Of a DNA stretch of 64,000 nucleotides, positions 25,475 to 38,377 are shown piece after piece (the first letter of the stretch is position 1; each line of letters starts with the position of its first letter). Below the pieces are notes generated by a model. It was not told where the DNA came from. It ran no database searches and was given only the letters and a program-made list of their open reading frames with translations. The position numbers and the translations under genes were made by a program. The stretch comes from Curvularia clavata (lineage: Eukaryota): NCBI GenBank assembly GCA_023920165.1, contig CP089276.1, forward strand, positions 3,968,001 to 4,032,000, given 5' to 3'.

Positions 25475-26662
25475 ATGCCGGCAATTTCAGGTCAAGAAGA
25501 TGTACACTTACTTCGGCCACGAGATTGGCAGCAGACGGTCGGTCAGTCGGGTATGACGCCCACTGCATTCAGCTTCTTGATTCCTGTATTTGTCGTGGCG
25601 ATTGTGGCGCCTTTGTAGGTCTTTTTCTTTTTTTTTTAGATTCAGTTCGTCATTTCCATATTTACGCCAATTTTGCGTGGTAACGGATGATTGCGGAAGA
25701 AGCAATCGACGCTGGATTCTTTGAATTTAGGAAGCTCGGGCTAATCGGATGGACAGTCTATGTATCTTTTGCATACGGAAACGACGGCGACCAATCCCCG
25801 TTACAACGCGCGTGACGCCAAAAGTCAAGAAGCCAGCGTTGAGACGGGCAGAGGCACGAGAAAAGCTAAAGGAGATCACTCGGGTATCGTCAGAAGTTAG
25901 CAATGCCACACGAGACAATCAAGAGACGGCTGAGGTGGAATCTCGCTCAGTGATGGAACGAGAGTGGTATGCCGAATTCCCCTTCCATCTTGTGTTAATC
26001 CAGACACTAACGCATCCGCCAGTGCCATATGTCTCTCAACACTCCATGCGCCATCACCTCCCGAGCCCGCAAAACTCACCCCAACATCTTCCATTTCCGA
26101 CGCTACCATCCCTTCAACCACCGACCCAGCCCAATCCACGGACAAATCCACCACAACCACAACCACAACCGCTACCGCCGTCCCCACCACCCAACCCGAC
26201 ACCGAAACCATCCTCAAGCTCTCCGTCTGCGGCCACGAATTCCACTCCGAATGCCTCGTCTCATGGTTCATCCTGCGCAAAACCAGTTGTCCCATCTGCC
26301 GCTCCATGTACATGAGCACCGAAGACATGGAAAAATACGATCAAGAAGAGCAAATCGCTCTTGGCGGCACTCCCACTCCCACGTCGCCAACGAGCGTGGA
26401 CCCAGAAGCTCAGGCAGCGGGCCAGACTCAGCAGCCGATAGCGGTAAGGAATTGGCGGTATTTTATTCATGGGAGAGATGCGTATAGGAGGGAGCAGGAG
26501 AGGCAGGCCAGACAGCAGCAGGCGGAGCAGGGGCAGGCGGGTGTGGAGTTGACGGACCAGTCTACTGCTGCTACTGCTGGTGGAGAGGCAGCGCAGCAAG
26601 CAGAGAGCCAAGAGCAGCCGGCGCAGACGTCGAGGTGGCGGCGCTTCTTTTCAAGGACCTGA
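25475..26662 (+). CDS. Single-pass membrane RING-H2 E3 ligase-like protein; introns 25615-25756, 25967-26022
   Basis: TM segment FSFLIPVFVVAIVAPFLCIFCI followed by RKRRR. Spliced ECAICL...CGHEFHSECLVSWF..SCPICR. Confidence 0.8.
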
Positions 26663-27142
26663 TTCGAACGACCATCGAAACGAAATGTAATGATGTGAAT
26701 TTTGATGTAAGAACGCTAACGTATACACGAAACAGAATGTTGTCTGGGAATTTCTTTTAGAGGCTTTTCATTGGTTATCTTGTATATGTATACGTACAGC
26801 AGCACATAGTTTGAGATACCCGGTTGGCAACGTATCTGTATTTTTTTAAGTTTCTCTTTAAGTGAACATTTTTTTTGAGACTCTAACACATCTATGTATG
26901 CAAGGTTCTTATTGTACCAATGAGACTATGCGCTCACAACGTGAATATGTGGATCAAGCAAAGCACAAGTACCACACAACACCAACAATCGTCCATCTAA
27001 TCTTAGTTCGGGTATTTCATCAAAAGAGGACGGCGAACAATAAAAAAACTAATACCCACCATCTAATGATAATGCCACACCGTCTAGCCACCTATGCAAA
27101 ACGAAAGAACAAAAGCCCGCTCCCCTTCTATAGCTACAACAG

Positions 27143-30100
27143 CTACTGTTGCTGCTCCTTTGGCTTAAACACGCGATGTCTGGCCAAAAGCTGCGAGATC
27201 ATGAAATGTGACACGTCTTCATCTGCCCAGTACGTCATGTGGCTTGCTAGACTAGCGAGGAGCGAAATGTCAAAAGCCTGTTCGGTCACGTTAGATTATC
27301 GGCATATGTGAGAAAAATGGAAAAGTGGGGAGAGTGGGAACGAAATACAAGGAGAAGAAGTAGACCATCACTTACACCCTCCTGGATACTGTAATCCACC
27401 CGCCCATTCGAATTCAACTGCCGCACCTTGAGCTCCTCCTTTTTGAGCTTACGGCTTCGTTCTTCGAGCTCCTGCCATTCGAGATCTTTTTCGATATCGT
27501 GTTCACCATCTTCGCTCTGCTGGTTCTTCCTGCCCTTCTGGAAACCGGCAAAGAGTGTCTCAATGTCCGATTCGATGAGGGTGGGTGGGTGCTCACCGTC
27601 TTCGCCCTCGGCAATTGTTTCTTGGCCAAGGCGGCGACGGCGCTCTTCGCTGATAAAGGCGCTGGTGGGTTCGTTGAGGCCAGGGACGAGGTTGACGTTG
27701 CTGGGGTTGGGTGCGGCGGTTAGAGGACGTGACGATCGTTGGCCCTGGGCGCCGGCAGCCATGTCACTACCAGATATACCTAAGCTTCTGTTGAGTAGTC
27801 CGCTCGCAATACCTAGGGAGTATGTCGTTAGCATGAACCAGATCTGAAGAGCAACCTAGCCCACTGTCAAGAGTTCCCAGTAGAGGCTCAAAACCGTGGT
27901 GCTTTGAAAAATAAATCAAATACTCACCTGAGCCAAGAGAGGTCCAAAAGTCCGTAACGCCCTGACCAACTCTTTGGCCAATGCCGGAGATACCCTGAGA
28001 AGCCGGTGCACCGAATATGCCCTTCTTCGTATACGGTAGGGGCTGTGCCTTCAATGTAGACATAGCCGGTGATATCAAAGGTTCAAGGCGATAGCTGATG
28101 GGATCGCTTGGATGGAAGATATTGAAAACCTGCTTGCAAAGAGGAGAAGAAACTGTGATATCGAAAGCATGATCAACACTGCCTTCTGCAAAAGGATCGT
28201 CGATAGATGCTGCCGGTGTTGTCGGCGGAACAAATGTACCTGCAGATGCTTTTGGTCTTCCGGCAATGGTTCTACCTTTCAGCATCTGGAAAAGACCAAT
28301 GGGTGATCCAAGAGCATAAAAGTCTTCTACCTCAAAGTCCAACTTCAAGCCTTCCTCAGTTGATCGCCGCTGCTTGGTCGAGTCTGAGCTTGGTTTCGCC
28401 GTGGGACCCTTTTGTATGCATAAAACATCAAACATAATCGCAGACCCTAGTGAATGGCCGACAAGACTGACTTTGCCCTTGAATGAAGGGTTGCGCTCCT
28501 TGAAAAGGTGGTAGGCACGGTTCAGCTCACTCACAACAATGCGCGAGATGTGGCCTTTGTACGCAGGACTTTGGTATAGCAAAATGTCAAGAGCAAGATC
28601 CGTGAGGAAGTTACGCACGGCAGGGACACCATCAACAGTAATATCCTCAAGATTAGGGTATGCCTCGTCTTCATGGTCGAGGTCGCCCAAGTCATGTTCC
28701 TCGCGATTGTGCCTGAGACTCTGCTTAGGAAAATCTAGAAGATGTCGCCAGATGATGGGAATGCACTGGATGCGGTTGTTCTTGGTTTCTGAATCAACCT
28801 CCGTATTGAGAGCTTGTAGGTCGGGCGATGCTGCATAGACAGACTTGAGAGATTTGCGCATGGTATTCACGTCATGGATAAAGTTGATAGACTCCATGCG
28901 CATGCCCAGTCGCTGGCCGATGCCATGGGTCACCAGGAGGAGATGCTCAATGTCGCGACCTTGATCACTATCGTTTTGGGTCTTGTAGTCTTCACGCATC
29001 TCCTTCTCCTCACGTTTGCGTATTTCCTCTTGTTGTTGCTGCTCGTATTCGGGCTTGGAAGAGGTCATGAGCGACGAAACTTGCCTTTCTAGGTTGCGCC
29101 TGCGTGTTTGCGAAGGCGACATGACCCTCTCGTTTTCTGATGTATCCTCGTCAGTATTGGCGTCCGAGTCGGACGGTTTGCCATGATCTGAACCATATGC
29201 CAGGGACGGTGTCTCGGGTCGCTCTGCAGATTTCTCAGTCTTGGCACCTTTTGCTGGAGTTGGCTGCTTCTTTTTGTCTGCCGGGTCTGTGTAGCCACGG
29301 ATGTACTTGTTTCCGGCATAATGCGCACCTCCGGCAAAGCGCTGGTACAGGGTGCTACCCATGCGTGACCACATGTCATCAGTCAGTAACCATGCTGTTG
29401 TCTCATCTTGATAGGTGACAGTAGAATTCAAGTAAGCGCCAAAAAGTCGATGCGTGCGCGGCAGATCTGCTGGCGTGGATGAAGTTGCAGCGGCATCGCC
29501 TGATTTTGCGTCTGTGGATTGCGTAGCGGCTTCCTTTTTCAAGTTATCGTACGAGGATTTTGGTGTAACGGGATTTGATGTCGAGTCACGGTTCAGTCGA
29601 CCGAGCTCCTTTCGATGGTCGTCACCAGCTAGTGGACCCATGGACAGTGGCCTTGCCCGAGGCTGTGAGACGGCCCGCTTTTCGTCTGGCTTGCCAAACT
29701 TCCATGGCTTGACTTTCAGATAACCCTCCTCAAGCTGCATGGCGAGGCCTTCGTCAACAGCTTCCCCATCTGGTGTAAACCACGTTCCTCGCTTGACATC
29801 GTACACGGGTCCAAGCCAGTACGCTGGCGCAAGCTCGCGCGTCTCTATCTCAACGTCAAACAAGTAATCCTCGTTGACGGGGACTTTTGTGGTCTTGGGA
29901 GGTGTGGGGGTCGACTGGGTGGGTGTTGTAGGGCTCGCTATGCCCTTTCGTAGTTTATCCATGTCAGCTTCGTCTGCCGTCTTCTGGAATGCTGTTTCGA
30001 TAGCACGGGAGTCACTAGCACTGAAAGGTATCCATTTCTTGGGCTTGGGTAAGGCAGTATCAGGTGCCATGGCGTGCTTTGAAAGGGGTTTTCTTTTCGG

Positions 30101-30474
30101 TGTCTGTCACTGTCAGTAAGTGCGTATAGACGTCTAGAAACGTGGGCAAAGTCCAGAGCACAATGCGATCGGGCAGGTGAGTGTGTCGGTCCACTTACGT
30201 CTATGGCATGGAACCACCTCACAGCCAGCGGAGGACAGTCTTGAGGGTAGCGCTTCAGACTCAGTCTGTGTCTACGATCAACGATATGGTCGCCTCCTTG
30301 CTGGGGAGCCATTCCAGTCGCGGCTCGCTCCTTTTCTCTCTCCTGCTCCGTCTTCTTGGCCTTGTCCGCGCTCGTCTCGGGCTTGGGCGGCGCTTGGGGC
30401 TTGGGTGTACCGGCGCGAGAGGCCCATGGCGAAAGATTTGAGAGGAAGCCCTGCCTGTTGTCGGGGGCTGACAT
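27143..30474 (-). CDS. DDHD-domain phospholipase A1 (Ddl1/PA-PLA1 family); introns 30198-30104, 27927-27813, 27375-27278
   Basis: Motifs VRWFHAID, VPVNEDYLFDV, VTHGIGQ, lipase GHSLGS, FNIFHPSDPISYRLEP, GRVDYSIQEG and SHMTYW. Confidence 0.9.
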
Positions 30475-30850
30475 CCTGTCGACTGCAGGATTGTTACTGC
30501 GGGTGAAGTTCAGTCTGGTGAGCCAGGACTTTGTGCTGTACCGGGAGACTGGCCTGAGGTGGGGCGGGCTCAAGCGCACACGAAAAGCAATGCGTGGATG
30601 CAGCGTGGTGGCGGTGCAGAAAAGAAACGAAGCGAAAAATAGCAGTGAAGATGAGAACGAAAGGTCAGGTCATAGCATGTGTGACCGAAAAAAAGGCGGA
30701 GTGGGATAGTACTTTGTAGATTGTCGGAGCGTGTCTTGCATGTGGCATGTGCCTGTTACATCACTCGGCCCCTGTCGTTCCTGGCGTGGGCGGGGCAGCG
30801 ACGACCTCTCCCACGCCTCATCTCCGACGCACCGACACTCGCACCCATCC

Positions 30851-32095
30851 ATGGCCATCTACACGCTGGCTGACATGCAGGCGGCCAGCCGGCGGTCGTC
30901 TTCGATTCCTCGCCACTATCACCGCATCGCCGAGGCAGCGCGAGAACACCACCGCTTCTCCGTAGCCGATGCTGTCGAGCTCAAGCTTAGGCTACAAGCT
31001 CTCAACACAGCAGTGTCCGGCGCAACCGCGGCGCTGCATATTGGACGTGACATCACGAACATTGCCGATATTGACGAAGCTGTGCGCCTGCAGTCTTCCC
31101 GAGGTACCGTGTATGTGGCTGGGTCAGAGGAATTCTTTTTGGTTGTGAAAACCATCTCGCGGCCGGACCTCATCCCCAATGTCTATGCCCAGGCGTGCAA
31201 GGCCATGCTGCAGGGCAGGCCGTATGTGAACACATACCACGTGTCAGACTTCAACAAAGGAGTAGACCCAACCTTTTCAGAAATCCGCCGCCTGCTGCCA
31301 GACATTGACCGTGCGTGCGAGACGGACCTCGAAGGCGCCGTCGCCCGGCTCGAAGCCCAAGGCAAGCCGAAGGTTTTGTCTAGATGACTTGGAATCTATA
31401 CTGACATGGGCGCAGTCAGACCATTTCCGTTTCTGCGGCTCCCGGCGGAGCTCCGCCTACAGGTCTACTCCTATGTCCTGCCTCACAAGGACGAGCCTCG
31501 TAGCTTGACACCACACTGGGGTCGTAAAGTCACTCGTCCGCGTCTTACTCTAATGCGCGTCAACCATCAGATGCACCATGAAGTAAGAAAATACTTCTAT
31601 GAGAATAATGTGACTTTGTCACTGCCATCCAATCTCCACATGGAAGGTACTTCACTGGTGGAAAGCGGGTTAACCTCGGTCATGGACACAATACAGTCCA
31701 TGAACCCCGACATCTTTCCCTTGTTGAAGCAGCTTTCGATACACATTTCGAGTTATTCTCACGCAACAGCTCTTGAAACAAAGCCCTCTCCGCCTCCGAC
31801 TATCCTAAAACATATATTCAATACATTCACATCTCTGGAGGAATTAGTCATCACTTTTGGTATTATACCTCCTTTTTACCCGTGGACAGGGCAGAGACAG
31901 CTGTCTGCACAACAGCAGTCTGCACAGCAACGGTACATGCAACAAATAAAGGTAGGCATTATTGAACAAATTCCAAGTTCAGTCAAAGTATATTGGCCGC
32001 GTGCGATAGCGAAAAGATTCTTCCATAGTAATGATGTGGAGCAGCATCTGTGGAGGGCCGTACAAGAGAGAGGACTAACAAATACTCCTGGATGA
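30851..32095 (+). CDS. Hypothetical protein with an internal F-box-like motif; probable GC-AG intron 31362-31415
   Basis: Two adjacent ORFs (30851-31387, 31406-32095) join in frame only via G|GCAAGC...CTGAC...CAG|. The second part begins PFPFLRLPAELRLQVYSY. Confidence 0.65.
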
Positions 32096-32265
32096 GCTAA
32101 ACGCGTGTTCCAGGCTCATCTTTGAAAATCAGAAGAAATCTTATGACACATGTAGAAGACCTTCCATATTCTTGCTTTTTAATTCAAAGATGTAAAGTTT
32201 CTCCAACGACTAGGAAAACTGGAAAACCAACCCGGGCTTGCCCATGTGCCTTCAAAGACAAGATT

Positions 32266-32388
32266 TCAACACGGCAAATAGTAAACGACTGTGACAAGTA
32301 CCGCTAGATTTGAGTAAAGTAACACGTGCTAAGAACACAGTCAACAAGAAACAGCCGTGACAATTACAACCACTCGCAAAATAGGTCC
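32266..32388 (-). repeat. Copy C of the ~120-bp dispersed element (inverted relative to A and B)
   Basis: Reverse complement reads GGACCTAT..GTAATTGTCAC..ACTGTGTTCTTAGC..TAGCGGTACTTGTCACAGTCGTTTACTATTTGCCGTGTTGA, collinear with copy A. Confidence 0.75.
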
Positions 32389-32559
32389 CTATCCTCCGGT
32401 TTCATTAATGGTGAGGTAGAGGTACTAGGAACCAAGATGCATTTTGCATGACCCTTGCATTCGCGCTACGCGGGGTGGCGGGCACCTTCGTCATCGCTCG
32501 CATCCCGCCATCAATCGCCGAACCCCACTAACCTCAGACTCTGCACACGACACACCACC

Positions 32560-35500
32560 ATGAAGCAGAGGTTTTCTAGTCTGGACGTCAAGGTGAGCCA
32601 ATCGTTAGGATACACTACTGGTCTCAGCAGTGCGCGACAAATACAGGTGGATTTGTGCTAATTGATCTGTCTAAAGGTTATAGCCCATGAGCTCGCCGCC
32701 AAACTCACCTCTCTGCGAGTGACTAATGTTTACGACTTGAGCTCGGTATGTGTCGCACACCTGGTACAACTACAACATCACACACCCACTGACTTATGCA
32801 TGCTTAGAGAATCTTTCTCATCAAGTTCCACAAGCCCGACCACCGTGAACAACTGCTCATCGACTCGGGCTTCCGCTGCCACCTCACTGAATATGCGCGT
32901 ACCACGGCTGCCGCCCCTTCGGGCTTCGTCGCAAAGCTCCGCAAGTACCTGAAGACAAGACGTGTCACGTCCATCTCTCAAATTGGCACGGATCGCATCC
33001 TAGAGTTCCAATTCTCCGACGGACTCTACCGGCTATACTTGGAATTCTATGCCGGCGGTAATATTATCCTGACAGACGCCGACCTAAACGTCTTGTCACT
33101 TCTACGCAATGTAGATGAGGGAGAAGAACACGAGAAGCTCAGAGTAGGTTTGAAGTACAACCTCACATTGCGGCAGAATTACGGTGGGGCACCGGAGCTT
33201 ACCAAGGAGCGGGTGCGTCAAGCGCTGCAAAAGGCTGTCGACAAACAGCAGGATCAACCCACGGCCACAGGAAAGAAGGCGAAGAAGGCAGGCAAGGATT
33301 CTTTGAGAAAAGCCCTGGCCGTCTCTATCACGGAATGTCCTCCGTTACTGGTTGATCATGCGCTTCACGTCGCCAGCTTTGACTCAACCTTGAAGCCCGA
33401 GGAGGTTCTTGCTGACGACGGTCTCATGGAAAAGTTGGTTGATGTGCTACGAAATGCGAGAGGTATCACAGAGGGAATCACAAAGACCGACCAAATCAAG
33501 GGCTATATTCTCGCAAAGCCCAATTCGTCAGCCCCAAGAGATGACGACGAGTCTTCTGACAAATCGCGTCTACTTTACGATGACTTCCATCCCTTCCGAC
33601 CACAGCAATTCGAGAACACTGATTACACATTTTTGGAATTTGATGGATTCAACAAGGCAGTAGACGAGTTCTTTTCGTCGATAGAGGGACAGAAGCTAGA
33701 ATCGAGGCTGACAGAACGCGAACAACAAGCAAAGAAGAAGCTAGAGAAAGCGCGCAAAGAACACGAGGATCGCATTGGTGGGCTGCAGCAAGTGCAAGAA
33801 CTAAACTTCCGTAAAGCAGAGGCAATTCTGGCTAATGTACACCGTGTGACCGAGGCCACCGAAGCTGTGAATGGTCTGATCAGACAAGGCATGGACTGGG
33901 TCGATATCGAACGCTTGATCGAACGCGAACAAAACTCTGGCAACGCCGTGGCGCAGCTGATTAGATTGCCGCTAAAGCTACATGAGAACACCATCACGCT
34001 ACTTCTCAATGAGACAAGTTGGGAAGGGGCCGAAGACGAGGAAGACGAGGGCAACGAGACGAGTTCTGTCAGCGAGGACACCGACGACGAGGACGACCGA
34101 CCCAAGAAAACTTCTCCGCCAAGGCCAGCAGCACGACCGCAACTAGCTATCGATATTGATCTGGGATTGAGTGCTTGGGCAAACTCGACTGAGTACTTCG
34201 ACCAAAAGAAGACAGCCGCCGAAAAGGAAGGTCGGACACTTCAAGCATCTACAAAAGCGCTGAAAAGTCATGAGAAAAAGGTTACCGAGGACTTGAAGAA
34301 GGGACTAAAGCAGGAGAAGGAGATACTGCGGCCGGTGCGCAAGCAGCAGTGGTTTGAGAAGTTCATTTACTTCATCTCTTCGGACGGCCACTTGGTACTC
34401 GGGGGCAAAGATGCGCAACAGAACGAGATTATATACCGCCGTTTCCTGCGAAAGGGAGATGTGTACGTGCATGCGGATCTCAAGGGCGCTATGCCTATGA
34501 TCATCAAGAACAAACCAGATACCCCAGATGCTCCTATACCACCATCGACCTTGTCGCAAGCCGGCAACCTCTGTATATGCACATCCGATGCATGGGACTC
34601 AAAGGCAGTCATGTCAGCATGGTGGGTTCGCAGCGACCAGGTCAGCAAAACCGGGCAGACGGGCGAGTTTCTTCCAGTCGGCATGTTCAACGTGAAGGGC
34701 AAGAAAGAGTATCTACCTCCGGCTCAACTAGTGGTAGGGCTCGCAGTCATGTTTGAGATTAGCGATTCAAGCAAGGCAAATCACTACAAGCATCGTATAC
34801 AGGAGACTGCAGTGTCCGCCGCGGAAATGGCTGATGAGCCATCGAATGAATCCAAGACAGCAGCAGCTACGAAGAGCGATGAGAGCGATGATGAGGACGA
34901 ATTTCCGGATGCGAAGATCAACTCTGACTCTGAAGACGATTTTCCAGACGCAAAACTACAACACACCGAGGAAAGCGACGCCGAGTCCGAAGCCGCGGCT
35001 CCAAGGAGCAATCCCCTTCAGTCGTCGACAAAGGCTACCAATGAGGATTCTGACGAAGATGAGGAGCCCGTAGCTGCAAAGGAAAATGATGAGAATGTTA
35101 TGTCTGGTGGAAGGAATGGCCCTGTTGCAGACAAAGAACCACAAGAAGACGAAGGTTCAATAGCCGATACTGAACGGACGTCAAAATCTTATGGGCGCGG
35201 GAAGTTATCTGCAAGGGAACGCCGGCTTGCAAGGAAGGGCCAGCTTCCAGATTTGCCTCGAGTGCCAACTGACACGGTATCTACAGTCAATGGCGCTGAT
35301 CAAGATGATGAAGATGATTCTGCAGAAGGCGGCAATACTAAGGCGCCTACGAAAGTGGAAGGAACCGTCACGTCACAAATGAATAAGCAAAAGAACGCTC
35401 CCTTGCCGCGAGGAAAGCGTGCAAAGGCAAAGAAACAGGCCGCAAAGTATGCCGCGCAGGATGAGGAAGATCGCGAATTGGCCATGCGTCTTTTGGGTTC

Positions 35501-36098
35501 CAAGTCTGGTCAACAAGCCGCCGAAGCAGCGGCACAGGAGAAGCGTCAAAAGGAAGAGCAAGCACAAGCCGACAAGCAGCGCCGGCGCGAACAACATCTC
35601 CGTGCTCAAGCTGCGGGCAAAGCTGCTGAAGAAGCCCGTCTCCGCGCCCTCGAAAACGCCGAAGAAGACGAAGAGGGCGAGGAGGTTCTCAAAACAAATC
35701 TCCAGAACCTCGATGCATTCACCGGTCGCCCCCTACCCAACGACGAGCTCCTCTCCGCTATCCCTGTCTGCGCGCCCTGGTCTGCTCTCTCGACATACAA
35801 GTACAAAGCTAAACTGCAGCCTGGCTCCACCAAGCGCGGCAAAGCTGTCAAAGAAGTGCTTTCTATCTGGGACAATGCAGGAAAAGACGCCAAGATTGTG
35901 GACAAGACGAGTCAAGACGTCGAGCGCATCTGGCCCAAGGAAATCGATCTGATTCGCGGGTGGAAGGAGCCAGAGGTGGTGGGCGTAGTGCCGGTTAGCA
36001 AGGTCAGAGTCATGATTGCGGGAGGGAGGAGAGGCGCGGAGATTGCAAAGGGGAAGAAGAAGAGTGCGAGGGGTGGAAGGGGATCGAAGAAGAAGTGA
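32560..36098 (+). CDS. RQC2: Ribosome quality-control factor Rqc2/Tae2/NEMF; introns 32593-32676, 32746-32807
   Basis: Spliced MKQRFSSLDVKVIAHEL..NVYDLSSRIFL..GTDRILEFQF. Further motifs WFEKF..FISSDG.LVLGGKDAQQNE, HADLKGA and IPVCAPWSAL..YKYKAKLQPG. Confidence 0.95.
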
Positions 36099-36170
36099 GG
36101 TTTCTAATTCACTCCTAACTAGATGAATGCGGGAAATGGTGGCATACAAAACCATCTACGAATGTACTTT

Positions 36171-36217
36171 AATAGCAGCGGTAGTTGTCGCATTTATCGG
36201 TTGTTTACAGTCTTGAC
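36171..36217 (+). repeat. Single-subunit (half) copy D of the dispersed element
   Basis: AATAGCAGCGGTAGTTGTCGCA...TTTACAGTCTTGAC versus copy B AAAGTAGCGGTATTTGTCACA...TTTACTGTGTTGAC. Confidence 0.5.
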
Positions 36218-38377
36218 GAGTTGCTTTTGCAGGTGAAGTTGTGTTTTTTTCTGTGTTACTAGTCATGAGAGAAGGAGTCTAGTCGGATGTTTTTTTTTGT
36301 CTGGTTATTATGTATGAGTGGGTTAGGGTGATGTTTGCATTCTCGGGATGGTTTGTAGCATTGGGGTGCTTGCGACTTGGATTCCATATCACTGCTGTTA
36401 TGACATGGAGAAGATTGTTTGTGTATTTGAAAATATGCATTATGTGCTGAAGTAGTTGCTAAAGGCATGAGCGATGTCATAAGGTTTATTCATATTACAG
36501 TCTGATACCACGGCCAGAAGGGGGGAACATACTCGTCCAAGGATATTGGCAAGATGATTGAACATAATGCAAAATTGCCGCAGTGGAATTTGCGAGCGCC
36601 TCTCTCTTTCAACGGATTTTTTTTTAAATATCCTCTGATTTATTTGGGATTGACAAAAGCTACGCCGACATGAGCATAATATAATCTGATGGTTATCAGA
36701 GAGCAATCCGAGTTAGTTCGAAGACACTGACTGTGTTGGTATCTTGCTTATGTTGAGTTTTGAAGGTTTTATTGGTCTTTTTGGTAGATGTACACCTTCT
36801 CTTTGGCCATGGCATTGACCTAGACTAGAGTGAAAATGGCAGCCCAGGTTACGATTCAATTGGACTAGTTTCAGTTGTTTGTTGTCTTCTCGTCAAATAA
36901 CCCGTGTCACTAGCATTGCTCAAAAGATGTCCCAAAGAGGAAATGCATTTTTGAATCCGCATCACGGCAATGTTGCATGCTGGGAAATCCAAGATACGGG
37001 GTATTATCTCGAAACACGGCATTCGTCTATCCCGATGATCTGCGTCAAAGTGCTTGCCAGCGCACAAGACGGGAGAAAATCCGTCAGCAAGTTTCGTTCC
37101 ATTCACCCGGCGGATCACGATAGGACAGAGGTATTCCGGATGGCTGTGTGGGGGAACCGATTTGGATCCATGGAAGGACGAGACGACTGCAGTGACTATC
37201 AGTTGGATGGAGCTGTGCACGGGACTTATTGGAAGAAAAGGTACACCCTTCCTTCGTGCTGGGCTTCCGGTTGGCGGCAGACGACTGCGACTATCGTGTG
37301 TCATTCCTTACACAAGTGACTTGTAGGAGCACATGGTTTGGCTGAAGCATGCCACAGCAGCAGATGCGTGCACTAGTATGTGGTCAGACTGCTGGCTTTG
37401 CACGAACTGAGGACTGGGTACCGCAGCCAAAAACGGAGAAGGGCCTGAGTGGATACCAGTTTGCTGTGTCTAAAAACGGCAGCGAGAGCAAGACGACCCC
37501 TGTGTGAATGGAGCTAAGGATCTGGATAAGGTGATGGCTAGCGTGGTAAGCAGAGTGGAAGGTTGAAGTTTATTGCGTGTGCAACGCTCGTGTAGCAAGA
37601 GGACCTCTGGATGCAGCAGTTTCTGCAGCGAGGAAGCTGCTCAGATGGGGCGGTTGTGGTATGGCAGGTGGTACGACGGCAATTGAGCTGAAGGAGGAGG
37701 GATGTTGCGGCATGGTGGTGTCTGTACCAAAGCGGACTCAGATGGTATTGAAGAGCGAGCCATGGCCAGAAGCTTATTGGCGCGCGGGCCAGGGATTGTC
37801 GCGAGGGGTCGTGCCTAGAAGACAAGGTGTTTGAGATTTGTGGCGGTGGCAGACGTCGTCTTGGATTGCTGACAGCGCGTCGACGAAGAAGAGCCAGTCA
37901 TGAGCTGAGCATGAGGGCAGGATGCGATAAAGAAAGAAGAAAGCATGGCCTGGCCTGGCTGAGGGTGCTTGGGGCGGGACTGGTGTGAGCAGGCAAAAGC
38001 GGCGCGTCTGGCAATCTCCGACCGGCAGCAAGTCTGGAGAAGGCATGCGACCCACGACCCACGACCCACGACGCAGACGGATAGCGACGCCCCTTTTTTC
38101 CCCAAGACCACCAAGCCAGGGTCTCGTCTGATGCAGTAGTCGGCGGAGTCGATTCTGCTCTCTGGTCTTCAACTCGACGCCCGCCTTTGTTTCCCTTTTC
38201 CTCCCATAGCTCTGCGCTGCCAAAAACGCCACCCTGACTCTCCTCGCCGCCGTACTTTGTACTTCTAGGGACTTTGTCGCAGGGGGCCGCCGCGACCACA
38301 GCCCCTTCATTTCGCTTTGATTCCCCCACTATCTTCGCGCGGAACCGATTCCATGCCCAGGACCCGCGTTGCACATC

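Noticed and set aside
36320..36328. GGGTTAGGG (CCCTAACCC on minus) as a telomerase RNA template
   Set aside because: Only ~220 nt separate it from the convergent RQC2 stop, too little for a filamentous-fungal TER, and no pseudoknot was evident.
36849..37326. Overlapping 90-150 aa ORFs that might be a decayed gene
   Set aside because: No recognisable domain or consistent splice model; cannot be supported without a search.
38048..38072. CGACCCA x3 repeat upstream of the TBC gene
   Set aside because: Short simple repeat with no spacers; not CRISPR-like and no evidence of function.
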